DNA of 64,000 bases from Bugula neritina (lineage: Eukaryota > Animalia > Bryozoa): NCBI GenBank assembly GCA_964035545.1, contig OZ037768.1:2822741-2886740 (forward strand), in the 5' to 3' direction. Shown one piece after another: positions 14,261 through 27,515 of the stretch. A program made the position numbers and the translations under genes. The notes under the pieces are model-generated. The model did no database searches, was not told the origin of the DNA, and saw nothing but the letters and a program-made list of their open reading frames with translations. Within the stretch, counting starts at the first letter, position 1, and each line of letters starts with the position of its first letter.

Positions 14261-15933
14261 TGTCATCACTTTGGTACCACTTAAGCCTATTTCTAGCAGT
14301 TTTCTATTCTGAGCCTAGATTATTATTTATGAAATTATAGTAACAGTAGCATGTTAGCAGGAGGCACATATATAACTCTTTTTACAAATCTTATTTCAGA
14401 AAATGAACATGAGAAAAAAAATAGAGAATTGTTTTTTATAATAAATTTTATTTGAAATAGAATATAAAAATATTTCTCTTGGCACTAAAACAGCAAGACA
14501 AATAGAGAAAAATTTTGGCGGTATTTAATTTCTAAAATTATTCTACAAAAAATTTTGTATTAAAAATGATATATTGCAACTCTTGTAAAAACAAAATACG
14601 TTTGAGAATCAACAGTTACTGAGCAAATTTGAGCAGATCTCAATTGACTAGGACTGAGTACTTAATGATGAGATTCAAAATAATCGCATGCCATTATAAT
14701 CATGTAGCTGTGCATTCAGATTTATAGGGGCCAACGGGTTTCTTCTCTGGTGAGGCTCGCGGTTATTTAAATTCTGGAACAGTAATAAATAATATAAGTT
14801 GCTGTGTTGAAGTTTAACACAAAAACTTATTGAAATTTAAATCACATTAAACACTAATAGATCAGATAAACTACTTTGAGAATGCAATTTTAATTATAAG
14901 TTTTACTTTTCTTAGGAATAACAGCCTGAAAGTGTGCCAAGTTAGAATTGAATAAATTCTCATGAAGTAAGATATTTCAACAACTAATGTTATACTTGCA
15001 TCTGTTCAATTACATTAACTTACACGCAAAATGGTGAAAATTCTAAAAACAGTTTAATTGAATTCGATTCTTGGATCTATTCCCGCTACCCGAACAGAAC
15101 AAAGCGGAGAGAGGTGAGAAAAAAATTACTTGGATTATATTCTGAATATTATGAAATGGACTCTCTTTGTAAAAGAAATTCTATGTTTATAAAAACACTT
15201 TAATTAATCATAAAACATTGGTTAGACACATGTTATACTACAACAGTGAATTTTCCCAACATTACAAGTCAAAGGATGTATTGTATACCTTAGAATGTGG
15301 GGGCATTCCTTTTTTCCTGCAGTTTTGATTTTCATCTCCACCTGTAAAGACCAGAAACCTGAAAACTCCAAATAGAAGAAATGACGTGCTTTAATTAAGT
15401 TCAAATGTTTCCTTTTCAATAAATTATTTGGGCAGCTATTCACATCAAACTTCGGTCCCTAGAGACTGTTGAGGGTCAATATAATTCATTAGCTAACACA
15501 ACTGGTTTTGCCCATAATCTCAAGTTCAATGTTGTGATAGTTTCTGCAACCAATATGAGCCAATATTAGCACATTTACATAATTATGCTAGAAATCTTCT
15601 CATGGCACACAGCTGGCCAACAGAAGAGCTGCTAAAGTTTGGGTTGAACTTTGAAAAGGTCAAGTCAACTAACAGTCGAACAAGACAGCTTTTAAATTTT
15701 TCCACTTCAAGAGAAACTAGACGAATTGAGCTGACTTTTCTTTAAAAATATTGATTAAAAAGCAATAATTAATTAACATCAAGTCTGAGCTTGCACAATC
15801 CAAGTCTATAATTCCGGTAACTTGTAATTAGAATAAAGATTGTGTGCTGATACACACTTTACAGACTCTCTATTACATATACTGCATACAATATAAACAT
15901 TATAAACACAGTTTTGCACTGGTGAAGTAGGGG

Positions 15934-18900
15934 TTAATTACCAAAATGATAAGGATTGGCCCTTCTCTCAACTCTACAATGGTTTCTGTTCTTCATTTTG
16001 AGCGAGCAGTTCCCGCCAGACCCGTAACGCCCTTCATGCCGGTGTTGGCCACCAAACGAGTTTGTTTGCTGCCTACCAGATGGGTTCATATTGTGCTGCC
16101 AGTTTTGGTGACCAGGCGGTATCATATGCTGCCAGTTTGAGTTGTTAAAAGGGTTTATTTGCCAGTTTTGGCTGTCAAATGGGTTTATATTGTGCTGCCA
16201 GTTTTGGTTGTCAAATGTGTTCATATTATGCTGCCAGTTTCGGCTATCAAAAGGGTTCCTATTATGCCAGTTTTGCCCATTAAATGGGTTCATATCATGC
16301 CAGTTTTGCCCATTAAATGGGTTCATATTATGCCAGTTTCGCCCATTAAATGGGTTCATATTATGCCAGTTTTGCCCATTAAATGGGTTCATATTATGCC
16401 AGTTTTGCCCATTAAATGGGTTTATGTTATGCCAGTTTTGCCCATTAAATGAGTTCATATTATGCTGCCAATTTTGGTTGCCGGAATTGTTTGCAGGATT
16501 GTTCCTCTGTGAAGAAGACAACCTACAAAGTACAAAAACAGCACATGTGTAATTTACAAACCAACCAATAATCTTCTCATAATAAATGATTCATGAAGCA
16601 TAGAACTTAAAGGTAACAGGCTAATTATACAATTGTATTCATGTAATAATAGTGTCTAGTCCCCCTTTTTAGTACTGCCTAGCTAACAGAATAACTTATG
16701 GTACACAGTCTACATGCAGATGTCAACTTCTGTTTTGTCTAATTAGCAATCAGTCTTTGAGTTCACATAAAACCAGAAGTTCCATCTAAAATATTTTACA
16801 CACCAATTGATGCTCTGATGGTCAACTTCTGCCTCTACCCACACGGCGTACTCCGGCTTTGCCACAATGTCGGTGACACCCCAGCAGCGGGACAGGTGGT
16901 GCATCAACATGAACGTCATGTTACGGTGTGCGCTGCTGTTCCAGTGGGCGCCGTCAGCCTTTCGGGCTATTTGGAATGCCCTACAGATTTATTACAAAAC
17001 ACAGGTTTCATGTTTCACAGTTTCACCCCACCATACTCATCTTGTGTTCACTGTTCTAGCATGTTCTATATCATTCCGTTGAGATAATAAGCTCGAATCA
17101 TTCAACTTATATTCTCAATTCCTATTCTTTTTACAAAATTGTCATACTTTTAACTATATACTCATATGTAGAAAATTTGTGAATAATTAAAAATAAAAAT
17201 GAGTTATAATATAGTTGGTAGTAATCTCTTATAAAACACAGCTGCAAGTTTCAGGCAAATTGAAGCCATAAAGTTTAAATTTCTCCATTACCAGTTTATG
17301 CTGACTTATAAAATTCTTGTGAGACCAGCTTCATAGAGTTAGAGCTGAGACAATATGTATGTAAGTAAATAGAAAGTATACCTATCTCCACTTACCTGAA
17401 GAAATAATGGAAATCTATAACATCAATATCATGCTTTGTCGCCAGTGCTGATGAAAAATAATTAGCTTCGAGTACGTCTCGACGGAGTGAGTTGTTACCA
17501 TTTCGCTCAGCTCCGTCCATGACTCCGCCTTTGATACTGTCACCTATCGGCATGCAGCACCCCCACAGCACAACGCTGTGTTGCGGCAGCACCTCGTGGA
17601 GTCTACATTTTATTATAGGAAACTGTTATCTTATTCAGCTGTTACTAGTTGCCTCTTAGTAAATATACTGATGCTGATTTCTAGATAAATATATAACGGC
17701 TAGTAACAATCATTGCATGCTTTTCGAATAAAAAGTAAAATAAATTACTATTATATATTAATATATTATTACACTTTATATTAGTAGACATACACACTGA
17801 CCTGGTAAAGAGTATTTCTAAGTTTGCTTTGTATTGACATAAAGTATTCTCCCCTGACTTTACCTCATCCTTCCACCTGCAGCCAAGTGAGAGAGTATGC
17901 ATGTACAGATATTGAATAGATTTAGTGCTGCAGTGCCACATGGGCAGTGAAATGTTGCACAATACATACCAACATTCAGCATATGGCAGGAGGGAAAATA
18001 ACAAAACTGTAAGTAACATATACTTGTTAACAATATTTGCAGGTGAAAAAATAGACATGAATAATTGGGGAGACAACTCATTATGAAGAAATAAATAAAT
18101 CAAATTTTAATGTACAAACTTCCAAACCTATAGAGCCACATACAAAAACACCATTTATAAAATACTATTTTATCAAAGCAGTAACTGGATCACACAGTTT
18201 AGCGAAATAGTAAGAATATCGGTTATATACAAGTCAGCACCTGTTCAAGTCCCAGCAGCATGAGCTAAGGTACACTACATCTGGGACAGGCTGTGACAGG
18301 AAGTCCATCAGAATGGTTTCAGAGTAGTCGTAATACGCTCGGGTTATGAAATAGAAACGAATGCAATAAACTTCAGTTCGGTATTCACGGACTTCAATAT
18401 ACGAGCTGCCTGCAACAAAAATATGCTTATTTTATATCAAAAACCAATCAAGCATCAAATAATATTTAGATATATTGCCAAATTAAATTATATATCAATT
18501 TTGTCTCCTGTTATGCTCAGTGATTTGAGTTAGATTAGAAAAAGAGAGTTAGTGAGATCTTCTCAATAAAATTGAAGCAGTAAATTCCAACAGTTGTGTA
18601 ACTACAGCCTAATGAGATGTTGAATAATGAAAAAATGTATTTGCAACCATTGGTTGCTTAAACAACATTAAGTGAGAATAATCATAAAAATTAAACAACT
18701 TCTTACAAAAAGCATGCCTTAAAACTGCATGTAACACTATTACTTGATAACTGAAATTATTTCAAACATGAGTTTTTTTTTAAAAAAAGCTAATACTTAG
18801 CAAATGAAAAAAAAAACATTAACTATTTCACAAAAAAAAAATTGTTAACTTCTATGGAATTATCAATTAGCTTACCATTAAAAAGTCCATCTTTCACTCC

Positions 18901-19841
18901 ACCCTCTATCAACTCATCTCCTCTAAAACTATTTTCACCCTATAAACAACACAACTTGAAAGTTGAAGTCAGCATAGCAAACACTTTCACTCCTAACTGA
19001 CTGCAAAGTGATCAAGATAGCCTCTAGTATTTGTTAGCTACAGCACTTGAAAATGGAATTAAAAAACATTTACAATCCAAGAAAGCAAGTTACCGCAAGT
19101 TATTAAATTTATGAAATATATCATCAAGAACCCAGACGCAGCACACATAACATTCAATAAAAGAAGACATCTTGAACTTAAAAAAGCAAGCTGACATTTT
19201 TATTTTAGAATTGTCTTGTTTACTTACCATCTTACACATAAATACAAATGGCTGTAATTTTAATCACAATGATATCGAGTAAATGAATAAATATAAGAAG
19301 TACCACACACCTTTACACAGGCACATAACCCTAGCTACCTAATATACTTATAAATTACCTTGCACTTTGCCTCCTTGTGCGAGAGTAATTGTCCATTCTC
19401 AATGAATGCAACAAGGTCTTTGTACATTGTACGAACAACTTGAAAATTAAAAAGTAATATTTAGACAAAACACATGCTGAAAATCATTGAAAAGCTACAG
19501 CAAATTCTTAAATCTTTAAATTTTCCATCAATAATTTCATCGATACACATACTAAGTGCAAAACTTTATTAACTGTATCCATTCATGGTATAAAAAATAA
19601 CTTTATTATGACTAATCATTTAGAGGATAATGCAATCGTAAACAATTAAAGTTGTGGTATCACCTATTAGCAAGTTTATTATGCACAAACACATAAACTA
19701 TGATGTAAAAATCTTGTAGTTAAATAACGGACCACTGTCTCCTACAAACACTATGAGTTTTCCAGCAAAAAGTTTCTTGGCCTGATTGTGTGAATACCCT
19801 TTAGTTTGGACTTTCCATGTGCCATTAGTTAGAGCAGTCAT
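15934..19841 (-). CDS. PCED1: PC-esterase domain-containing protein (PCED1/FAM113-like SGNH/GDSL-type hydrolase) with N/Q/W/H-repeat C-terminus
   Basis: Exons ~19733-19841 (MTALTNG...KLIVFVGDS), 19359-19438 (VRTMYKDLVAFIE...KCK), ~18877-18940 (GENSFRGDELIEGG), 18241-18409 (YIEVREYR...IRFYFITRAY...PDVVYLSSCCWDL), ~17802-17877, ~17396-17602 (SLRRDVLEANY...DVIDFHYFFR), ~16804-16980 (DGAHWNSSAHR...WGV) and 15934-16522. Colinear with FAM113 as I recall it; GDS and DGxH catalytic motifs intact. Confidence 0.9.
16070..16480 (-). repeat. Coding 33/36-bp tandem repeat (NPFNGQNWHNM) x12
   Basis: atgccagttttgcccattaaatgggttcatatt units; read on the minus strand as an 11-12 aa repeat in the last PCED1 exon. 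Confidence 0.9.
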
Positions 19842-20037
19842 CTCTGCCTAGTAACTGCACACCTACTAATAGAGCCAGTATTTGAGAGAAAATCTATCTC
19901 AGGTTTTTGGGTAATAAATATTCACCAATCAAGTATTGTAGTGACGGAATGCTAAACATTTTGAAACTGTTATATAGCAGATTTTGGGACAAATATATAT
20001 TTATAAATATAATTATATAAATCAGTCATCTGTATAT

Positions 20038-20424
20038 TGTGGTAAATTTATGTTGTGTGTGTGTGTCCTTTGTTGCCGAGATCGGCACTTCGGTCCTCCG
20101 AAACACCGACATGCCGATTTTCGGCATATCGGAATACCGAAGTGCCGAGATGCCAAATTCGGCATTTCGGATCCCGAGGTGCCGATATTCGGCATTTCGG
20201 GCCTCCGATCTCGGCAAACAAAGGAATGTCTTTGTCCTGCATGTATATAAAAGCCAGCGAGTTTCAGTGTAGATTCAGTCTACTACTGGAGCTCGCTGGA
20301 TACAGACTATTGGATCACTCGGACTACAATAAAGCTATCTTATATTCTACCTTATTTCTCGCCTTGTTTCTCATAACAAGCATGTAAAGCACTAGTTTCA
20401 TTCACAACCCACAAAACTATCACA
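20038..20424 (+). mobile_element. Solo LTR (Ty3/gypsy-like, 387 bp)
   Basis: TGTGGTA...TATCACA termini, 4-bp TSD ATAT (20034-37 / 20425-28), TATATAAAA at 20244, AATAAA at 20328. Confidence 0.8.
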
Positions 20425-20607
20425 ATATTCATGTTAATATTGACATTCATTGGTTTAATAATTATCACTTAATTATATTAATTATGATAACTAATGATTC
20501 ATAGTGAATTTAACTAAATTGATCAAAATTAAATAAATGACAAGTCAAACCTTTTTGTTTCTTTAAAAAAATGGCCAATAAGTGAATAACGGATAACCTA
20601 TAGCTAT

Positions 20608-21119
20608 TGTAGTAAATATCCAGATATCAAGTTATCCCCCTTGCCCCATTCCCATAACTAGTATTACAGTCACAGTCTCAGTTATTATAACACTTATGGT
20701 TTGCCCTTTTCTTTATTTTACAAACAATAACTTATTACAATACTCTTGGTTGATTCTTTTCTTTATACTTGTAAACCGACAGATGTACCGATGTCGGCAG
20801 GTGGATACAGGCAGACCGAATGTCGGTTGCCGACATGTCCAGTGTCGGTTACCGACATGACGAATGTCGGTGCCCCTGCCGAACATCGGCTCCGCTGTCG
20901 GTGGAATGTTCTGGAAGGCCCAAATCCCCGTCTTTTGTCAGTATAAAAGCACGCGTTTTTGCCCAGCTCAGCACTTCAAGACTGGAGTCCGAGCTGTATA
21001 CATCTTTGTTATAATAAAGATCACTATACACACACGAAGTCACCTCTCTCTTGTCTCTCCTATAGCAAGGAGTTATGTTCTCTGCCTGATTTCATTCTAT
21101 AACCCACAAAACTACTACA
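20608..21119 (+). mobile_element. Solo LTR (Ty3/gypsy-like, 512 bp), related family
   Basis: TGTAGTA...TACTACA perfect termini, 4-bp TSD CTAT (20604-07 / 21120-23), TATAAAA at 20942, AATAAA at 21013. Shares the 3' end tttcattc..aacccacaaaacta with the neighbouring LTR. Confidence 0.82.
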
Positions 21120-22380
21120 CTATTGAACCGACTTGCTTGTTTGGGCAACGTAAAATGCAATTAACCAAGGCTACCACTCTAATGGTCAAGTTTCAAATTC
21201 TCTTTTAGTTTTCGTATCAACTTTCATTCTGATTTTGGCATGGCTCAGCTTGCTCGAGGTAATTTAATTTTTATTTTATAGTAGTTAAAGTGATAATAAC
21301 TCAAACTATTATAGTAACTTAAAATAAATATAATAATTATAAATAATTATATCAATGATTATTATTTATATTAATTAAATTTAAAGATTATAATTATAAT
21401 ATTACTTATAATAACTAGTATTTACAAGTAACTGTTAGGGTTACTCGGTGGACTGCTTATCCTTATGATGAACAGTAAGTGTAACACTAACAGTAACTGT
21501 TAGTATATTTACTTTTAGTAGCTATAACATTAACTACTTTAATTCTCATCACAGCCGCAAATTTTATTGATTACAAAATGTTGAATAACGCAGGTTTTCT
21601 AAACTTACAATTGCTTCCAGAATCAACAAACCTGGGTGGAGGAAATACTTCAACGATCTTTGCAAGTTAGATTTCAAATCGTTAACCGTTAAAACCACTA
21701 GTCAGCACGTGCTGCTACGAGGTTTTCCATGTGATGTTGTTTGTAGTTTCGCTATTCACAATTGATAGGCTGCTCGACGTAAGCTTCCTTTTAAATTATC
21801 GAAATACTTTTATTCTTTGCACGTATTTAAAACGTACAACATTTTTAAAATAGTTTCATGGGGATACAGGAACAGACAACCCTAATAACAATACAACTGT
21901 AACATCGCAAATAATTATTATAAGAATATCGAAAATTACAGAAGTTAAAAAAGCAGTGCTTATTAGCTTATTAGTTTATTGCCTGTTCGTTGAAACACTA
22001 GCAATGAAAAAGCATACTAACAATCATTACTTATTTTGACTTACTCTATGGTAATTGCTGTTACTGTTTGTGCTGTACATCATATAAATTTCATGCAAGC
22101 GCAAGCAAACCAGTGTTTGATAATCTTTTTTAACCTATTGACTAATTGCGGTCTGGTGTATGAGCATTTGCTGTAATGATACATATTATTTGAAAGACAA
22201 ATATTATAAAATTATGTTCAATCATGCAGCATAATTCTGCTATACTTTTACCACAGAGGCTAGATTCACTATGTTATATTGAAGTCCTGCTGTTGAAGTA
22301 CTTTTGTGATACTACTTAAAAACAACCAACTTTCAATACATTAGTTAATACAAGAAACCACTACACTTCTCATGTACAGC

Positions 22381-23450
22381 CAGGGATGTAGTGGCAAAAA
22401 GATTCTGGGCCATACTCTCAGGGGGATCCAGGGGGGTCGCCTAGGCCTCCTGCGGAGTTCGGGGCAGCGCTCCAGCTGCCGAAGCCCTAAGAGCACTCCT
22501 GATGCAAATTTATGCAATTTAAAGCCACTGTCAATTTTAATTTTTCTAAAAGAATCTGTGTTGAAATGTGCACTTCCCTATTATTTTCATATCATATACC
22601 ATAATAAACTCTAATATACACAGGATAGATAAGGGCAACCTTTTAGCTGAGGCTGCATTATTAGTATATAAGAATTCAGCACCACCCCCCTCCCCCCAAC
22701 TAAAATTAACCTAACCCAATGGTGCTAGAATAAAAATTTAAAAACCATGTTGTAGATCTTCCTGTTCCCTAGAGCAACTTTTTTGAAATTTTCAATATTG
22801 ATTGTTTTTGCAAAGTCATTGACAAAAACTACCCATTTTTGGCCAATTTTACCTAAAAAGTTTATTTTTCAGTCCCTGCCAAATATCTCAGCAGGAAAGC
22901 ATGGTATTCGAATAGAACAAACACTGTTGGAATCCTGAGAAATTTTTGCAGAGCATATTTTTTTTATCTTTTCAATAGCTTTCATAGATTTTCTACAAAT
23001 TTCTACAATATTTTTTCCTAAGTAATCATCAATGCACAGCACTTCGTGCTTTAGTGAACACGTAGAGATGAGAAGATACTGATGCATACTTTACTAATCA
23101 CAGGTATGCTAGTTGACAGGCTAGTGAATAGCTTGATGTGTACTTTGTTTATGGGGCAGCTACAATGGAATGTTGATAGATGATGCAGCCCTTATTGGTC
23201 ATGGTGTAATCTCAGGCTAAACAATCACAAGTAGGCAACACGCATGCCACCCACATAGCATTAACATAGCAAGAACTTAAACTAGATTGTGAGCAAAATT
23301 TATGATATTCTCAGTGAGGATGCCTCAACTATCCTGTGCACTAATCATCTTTCAAAAATATTATGCCCATACGGGCGTATGGCCTAGGACAGTCTATTTT
23401 CTTCTAGACCATACAGCGTATGGGATCGTTTGGGTACCACTACATCCCTG
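22381..23450. mobile_element. Non-autonomous DNA transposon (hAT-like TIRs)
   Basis: Perfect 14-bp TIR CAGGGATGTAGTGG / CCACTACATCCCTG; no ORF; TSD only partly preserved (gtac..). Confidence 0.7.
22619..23338. mobile_element. Nested MITE-like element inside the hAT-like element
   Basis: cacaggatagataagggcaacct versus reverse complement cacaggatagttgaggcatcct (10 bp perfect, then imperfect). Confidence 0.5.
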
Positions 23451-24180
23451 GTACTAAGTTATCATAACAATATATAGCTTCATAAACATAGTATATAGCA
23501 TGATAGACAGTTTAACAGTAACGAAAATTGTGTTCCAATTAATATGCTATCAAATGCATTTTGCACACCACAATAATAACTATGATCTTATAAGTTATCT
23601 ATCCCGAAAGTAGTTGTAATATTTTTAATAACAACTCTCGTAGCGATTCGTTTAGAGAACTGTTGGACTGCGTTTCCGGTAGATGTTCCTTCACGTTACT
23701 AGTTTCGTTTCAGTTAGAAGTGAAGTGGTTAGTTATCAATTTTTCTGCAAAATTTAAGAAAGTTTGAAGCATTTATGCCACACCATAACTTGTGTATGCT
23801 ATAGTTTTTATTTTTAAGTCAATCTGTGGTAGATGAAGATAAAAATTATAAAAACTTTGTTAGTTTACACCTAATCTTATAACATAGAGTTAGACTAGTA
23901 GAGTAGTAGTAGTAGTACTAACTCTAAGTGTAGTAATACTACTACTAGTACTGTAGCTGAGTAGTACTAATAGTAATAGGCGTAGCTTACGCAATTTGCT
24001 CTCTATGTTTAACTTTAAGTTTTTAGTTTGCGATTTTATTTTTACTTCAAGTTTATGGATGACATCAGCTATAGCTCAGTCGACGATTACGAATGTATAA
24101 GTTTATGTTTTGATGAGTTGAAATTTTCATATTTTTGCAATTTTGATATTTCAATTTTTTTTAACTAGATATAATTCCAA

Positions 24181-27100
24181 ATGGCTAAAGCAGAACCCCT
24201 GGAGATAGAGTGTGGGTTTTGTTTGTTAAAGGGAGGTCTTGAGAACCCAAAGTCTCTACCATGTGGTCACATACACTGTTTAGTTTGTCTAACTAAAAAT
24301 TATGATGTTAATAACCTGATTAGATGTCCTTGGTGCAGGTAAGTTTTGTTCTTTAATACTGATATAAATATATTTACCTGCCAAATTTGTAATTGAATAG
24401 AGCTAAAAGCTACAAGTACTTGTTGATTAATTGATAATCAACTTGTGAGACATCAACCTGTATATATGAATTTTTCGTGAGCTAGCTTTGCTGATAAAAG
24501 TTTTACTCAATAGTTGTACTGTTTTTATCAACTGAGTCTGTGTCTTTATATGTTACAGAGAAGTGTTTGATGTGAGTACAGAGACTCTGCCTTCTGCTAA
24601 TGTAGAGGACAACTCCACATCATGCTCTGTCTGCACTAAGAAGGGGATAAAGAATATCCTAGCTGTGATATACTGTACTGTGTGCAGTAAACTCTTTTGT
24701 GGAAAACATAGAGAAGTACTTTAATGTTGATTATTCTTTCTGCGGAATTTAGCTGTGTAAAAAATGAATAAAGTGAAAAAGAACGTAGTGATTTCTGACA
24801 TGAAATATATTCCATAGTCACATGATGATACCAATGATGACCACCAGCAGATGACCGTTTCTGAATACAGAATACAAGCTAAGAGACTGGAAAGAAGAGT
24901 TTGTTCTAAACATACAGACTATCAAATCTCTCAGGGATGTAGACTCTGTGCTCAACTTTTTTGTGTGCAGTGTTTATCTCAGGCCGGCTCTTGTGTTAGA
25001 GGTAAAATTTGTTAAACAAAGATTGTTTAAATAATGCTAATACTATTTGTATATCAACCTGTGTAATAATTTAGCAGAAGAATATTTACTATACTATAAA
25101 ATGGCTGTAACACTCTATTCTGTTGACTGTTAACTAATTGATGACTCTACCTAGATATAAGGGAGGTTTGTTGGGTTGTTGGATTTTTTGTGTGAAATTA
25201 ATTGTAGTTTAGTAATACCTTTTCAGGCTCAACCCATCTCATGCTCAGTCTGGATGACCTCATCAAGGAACTGGTGAATGTAGAAGAACTGATTACTATG
25301 GAAGACAAAGTATCTTCTCTATTCAAACAACTTTCTAAAACTATATCTGACTTTGATACTGAAACAGGAGAGTTACTAGACATTCTCCATACACATCGTG
25401 ATGAACAGGTGTGATTGATATCACATTATTTTCTAGAATGTGTTTGTTTCCTGTCACACCATGTAAAGGTGTTAATGGTTTACTCGTATGTTTTAGTTGA
25501 CTGAGGTGAGATTAAAGTATGAGAAACTTGAAGAGGAGTTCTTAGCTAGTAGAAAGAAAACTAAAGATGCACTGGATGCATACATGGAGAGAGACGTTGG
25601 AACTGTTTTGTCTGAACTGAGTAAAAGTAGAATGAAGATAGAAGCTCAACTCAGACAAAGTAATCAGGTGTGTAGAGTTGAGTGTTTCTAGAGAGAATAT
25701 TTGTTGTTTTAATTGTTGTGTAGTTGATATTGTTTAGAACCTACCCTGTTATTCTGATAATAGTTGACCTCTATACACAGGTGGATCTAATTGAAGGATA
25801 TGCAGAGATTAAGGATAGAATACAGAGACTTGTATCTGTTGAGATACCTGAACTGGAACTGTGTGATGTCATGACTCTACAGGTCAAAGGTTAGTTAGTC
25901 TAGTAAACTATGACTATTTTGTATAGCAAGATTATACATAGACTAGATTGTCCTACAGTTTCTCTATCATAACTTACTTCTATCCTGTATTATTACACAC
26001 AATGTTATTATTCACTTCACTGTATAACTTATCTTTACAGGAGAGAAGAGAGACATAGAAATAGACTTGGTTTCTGCAGCAGACGTATCTATTAGTTTGG
26101 ATCAAGGAGTGACAACTTCTACTCTTCCTAATTCTATCAAACTCTTGCAGTCTGTTGATGTTTCTACTCTTTGTTGGCCAGTTTGTAGCTATAAGGGTAA
26201 CACTTATGTAGGACTGTGTGGTGGTAGAGTAGACAGAGTAGATGAGAACTATAATGTTACTCAGTCATTTGTTAGAGTCGGTGGTAATGTGTGTGGTCTT
26301 ACAGCATATAAAGATCAGCTGTATAGTTTAGTGGATGTTGGCAGTAGTTGGAAGGTAGAAGTGTATGACTTTAGTGGGAATCAGGTGACCAACTGGTCTC
26401 ATAGTGATAATTGTGAGTATAGCAATGCACTTGTTATTGTTGATGGTCAGGTTGTAGTCCCTGATAAACCAAACAAAAGACTCACAATCTACTCTCTTAC
26501 TGGGGAGGTAATTAAACAAGTGCCCTGCTCTCTACTTAGTAACAGTAATGCAGCTATATGTGCAGCAGACAGACATTGTGTAGTAGTTTCTGATAACAAT
26601 TCTTCTCAAGTATTTAAGTTAGACCTGACAACAGAGAAAGTCATCTGGACATGTAAGGATGTGACTGAGCCGCAAGGCGTGACCTGCTATAGAAATAAAT
26701 ATATTCTTGTAACTGAGCCCGGCAGTAAAACTACTATCTGGATACTGGATGTGAAGACAGGTTAGTTTGTGTTTATTCTAGTATATTCTACTACTTTCTT
26801 TTGTTAATCATTGTGTAGTTAGTCATACTTGAGTTTAGCATGGATTCTGGGGTCAGCATGAATACTGACACACTCTATTCTCAGCTTGTAAGCATGACAG
26901 CTGTCAGCAGTATTATATTTCGTTAATAAAATTAAGTTATTAAATACGCTGTATTTGTACATACATTGGAGTATAGAAGAATGTAACCTCCTCTTTTAAC
27001 ATGTGTGTAGCCTTGGCTCTAAGAAAGAGCTGCCACAATATACAACGAGTTAAGCTGAAGCTCTCACACGTAACTTATGTCTAAACACTCTTGTTACACT

Positions 27101-27515
27101 TACTACAGACATAGTGGTATACATGTTTTATTTAAAGTCCACATGTCCTTGCTTTGTATATGAAATGCGATTGGAACTTCTTTTTCATCCAGATTTTACC
27201 CAACTTTTCAGTAACAATATAAATAATACTAAAGCCATGGTGTTATAAATATAGCTCCTGTGTCATAGTCTCGTATCATGGTTGGGTGTTTGTCAGCTCA
27301 AATAAAATATCTTTACTACTAATTTGTTGTTTTACAGATTTTTAATGCCATTAGAAGTCATTACATCATTTCCTGTTACAGGTACACAGCTGGCTAAGAT
27401 AGAAGATCTAACTATTAGAAAGGATAGTAATGTATTTGGTCTCCATGTGTATAGAGACACTCTGATTGTATCCAGATGTGGTGACAGGAAAGTTCTGTTC
27501 TACCAGCTGAAATAA
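24181..27515 (+). CDS. TRIM-family E3 ligase-like protein (RING, two B-boxes, coiled coil, NHL/beta-propeller-like C-terminus)
   Basis: Eight in-phase GT-AG exons: 24181-24338 (RING CGFC..LPCGHIHCLVC..CPWC), 24559-24715 (B-box1 CSVC..YCTVC..FCGKH), 24818-25001 (B-box2 CSKH..CRLC..FCVQC), 25227-25408, 25497-25667, 25781-25889, 26041-26761 (beta-rich repeats, EPQGV) and 27382-27515 (TAA). Confidence 0.9.

Noticed and set aside
14700-15545. Possible extra minus-strand exons between DCTN1 and PCED1
   Set aside because: Splice-like signals exist, but I could not build a coherent frame or recognise a product; may be 3' UTR.
16142-16552. Plus-strand repeat ORFs (LCQFCPLNGFI, MPVLPIKWVHI)
   Set aside because: Antisense shadows of the PCED1 coding repeat.
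19228-19440. C-type-lectin-like ending (C-K-PFVFMCK)
   Set aside because: Flanking exons clearly belong to PCED1; the resemblance depends on the unverified microexon.
19984-21208. Cluster of short ORFs in GC-rich patches
   Set aside because: They lie within solo LTRs; GC-rich palindromic DNA lacks stops, and there are no gag/pol motifs.
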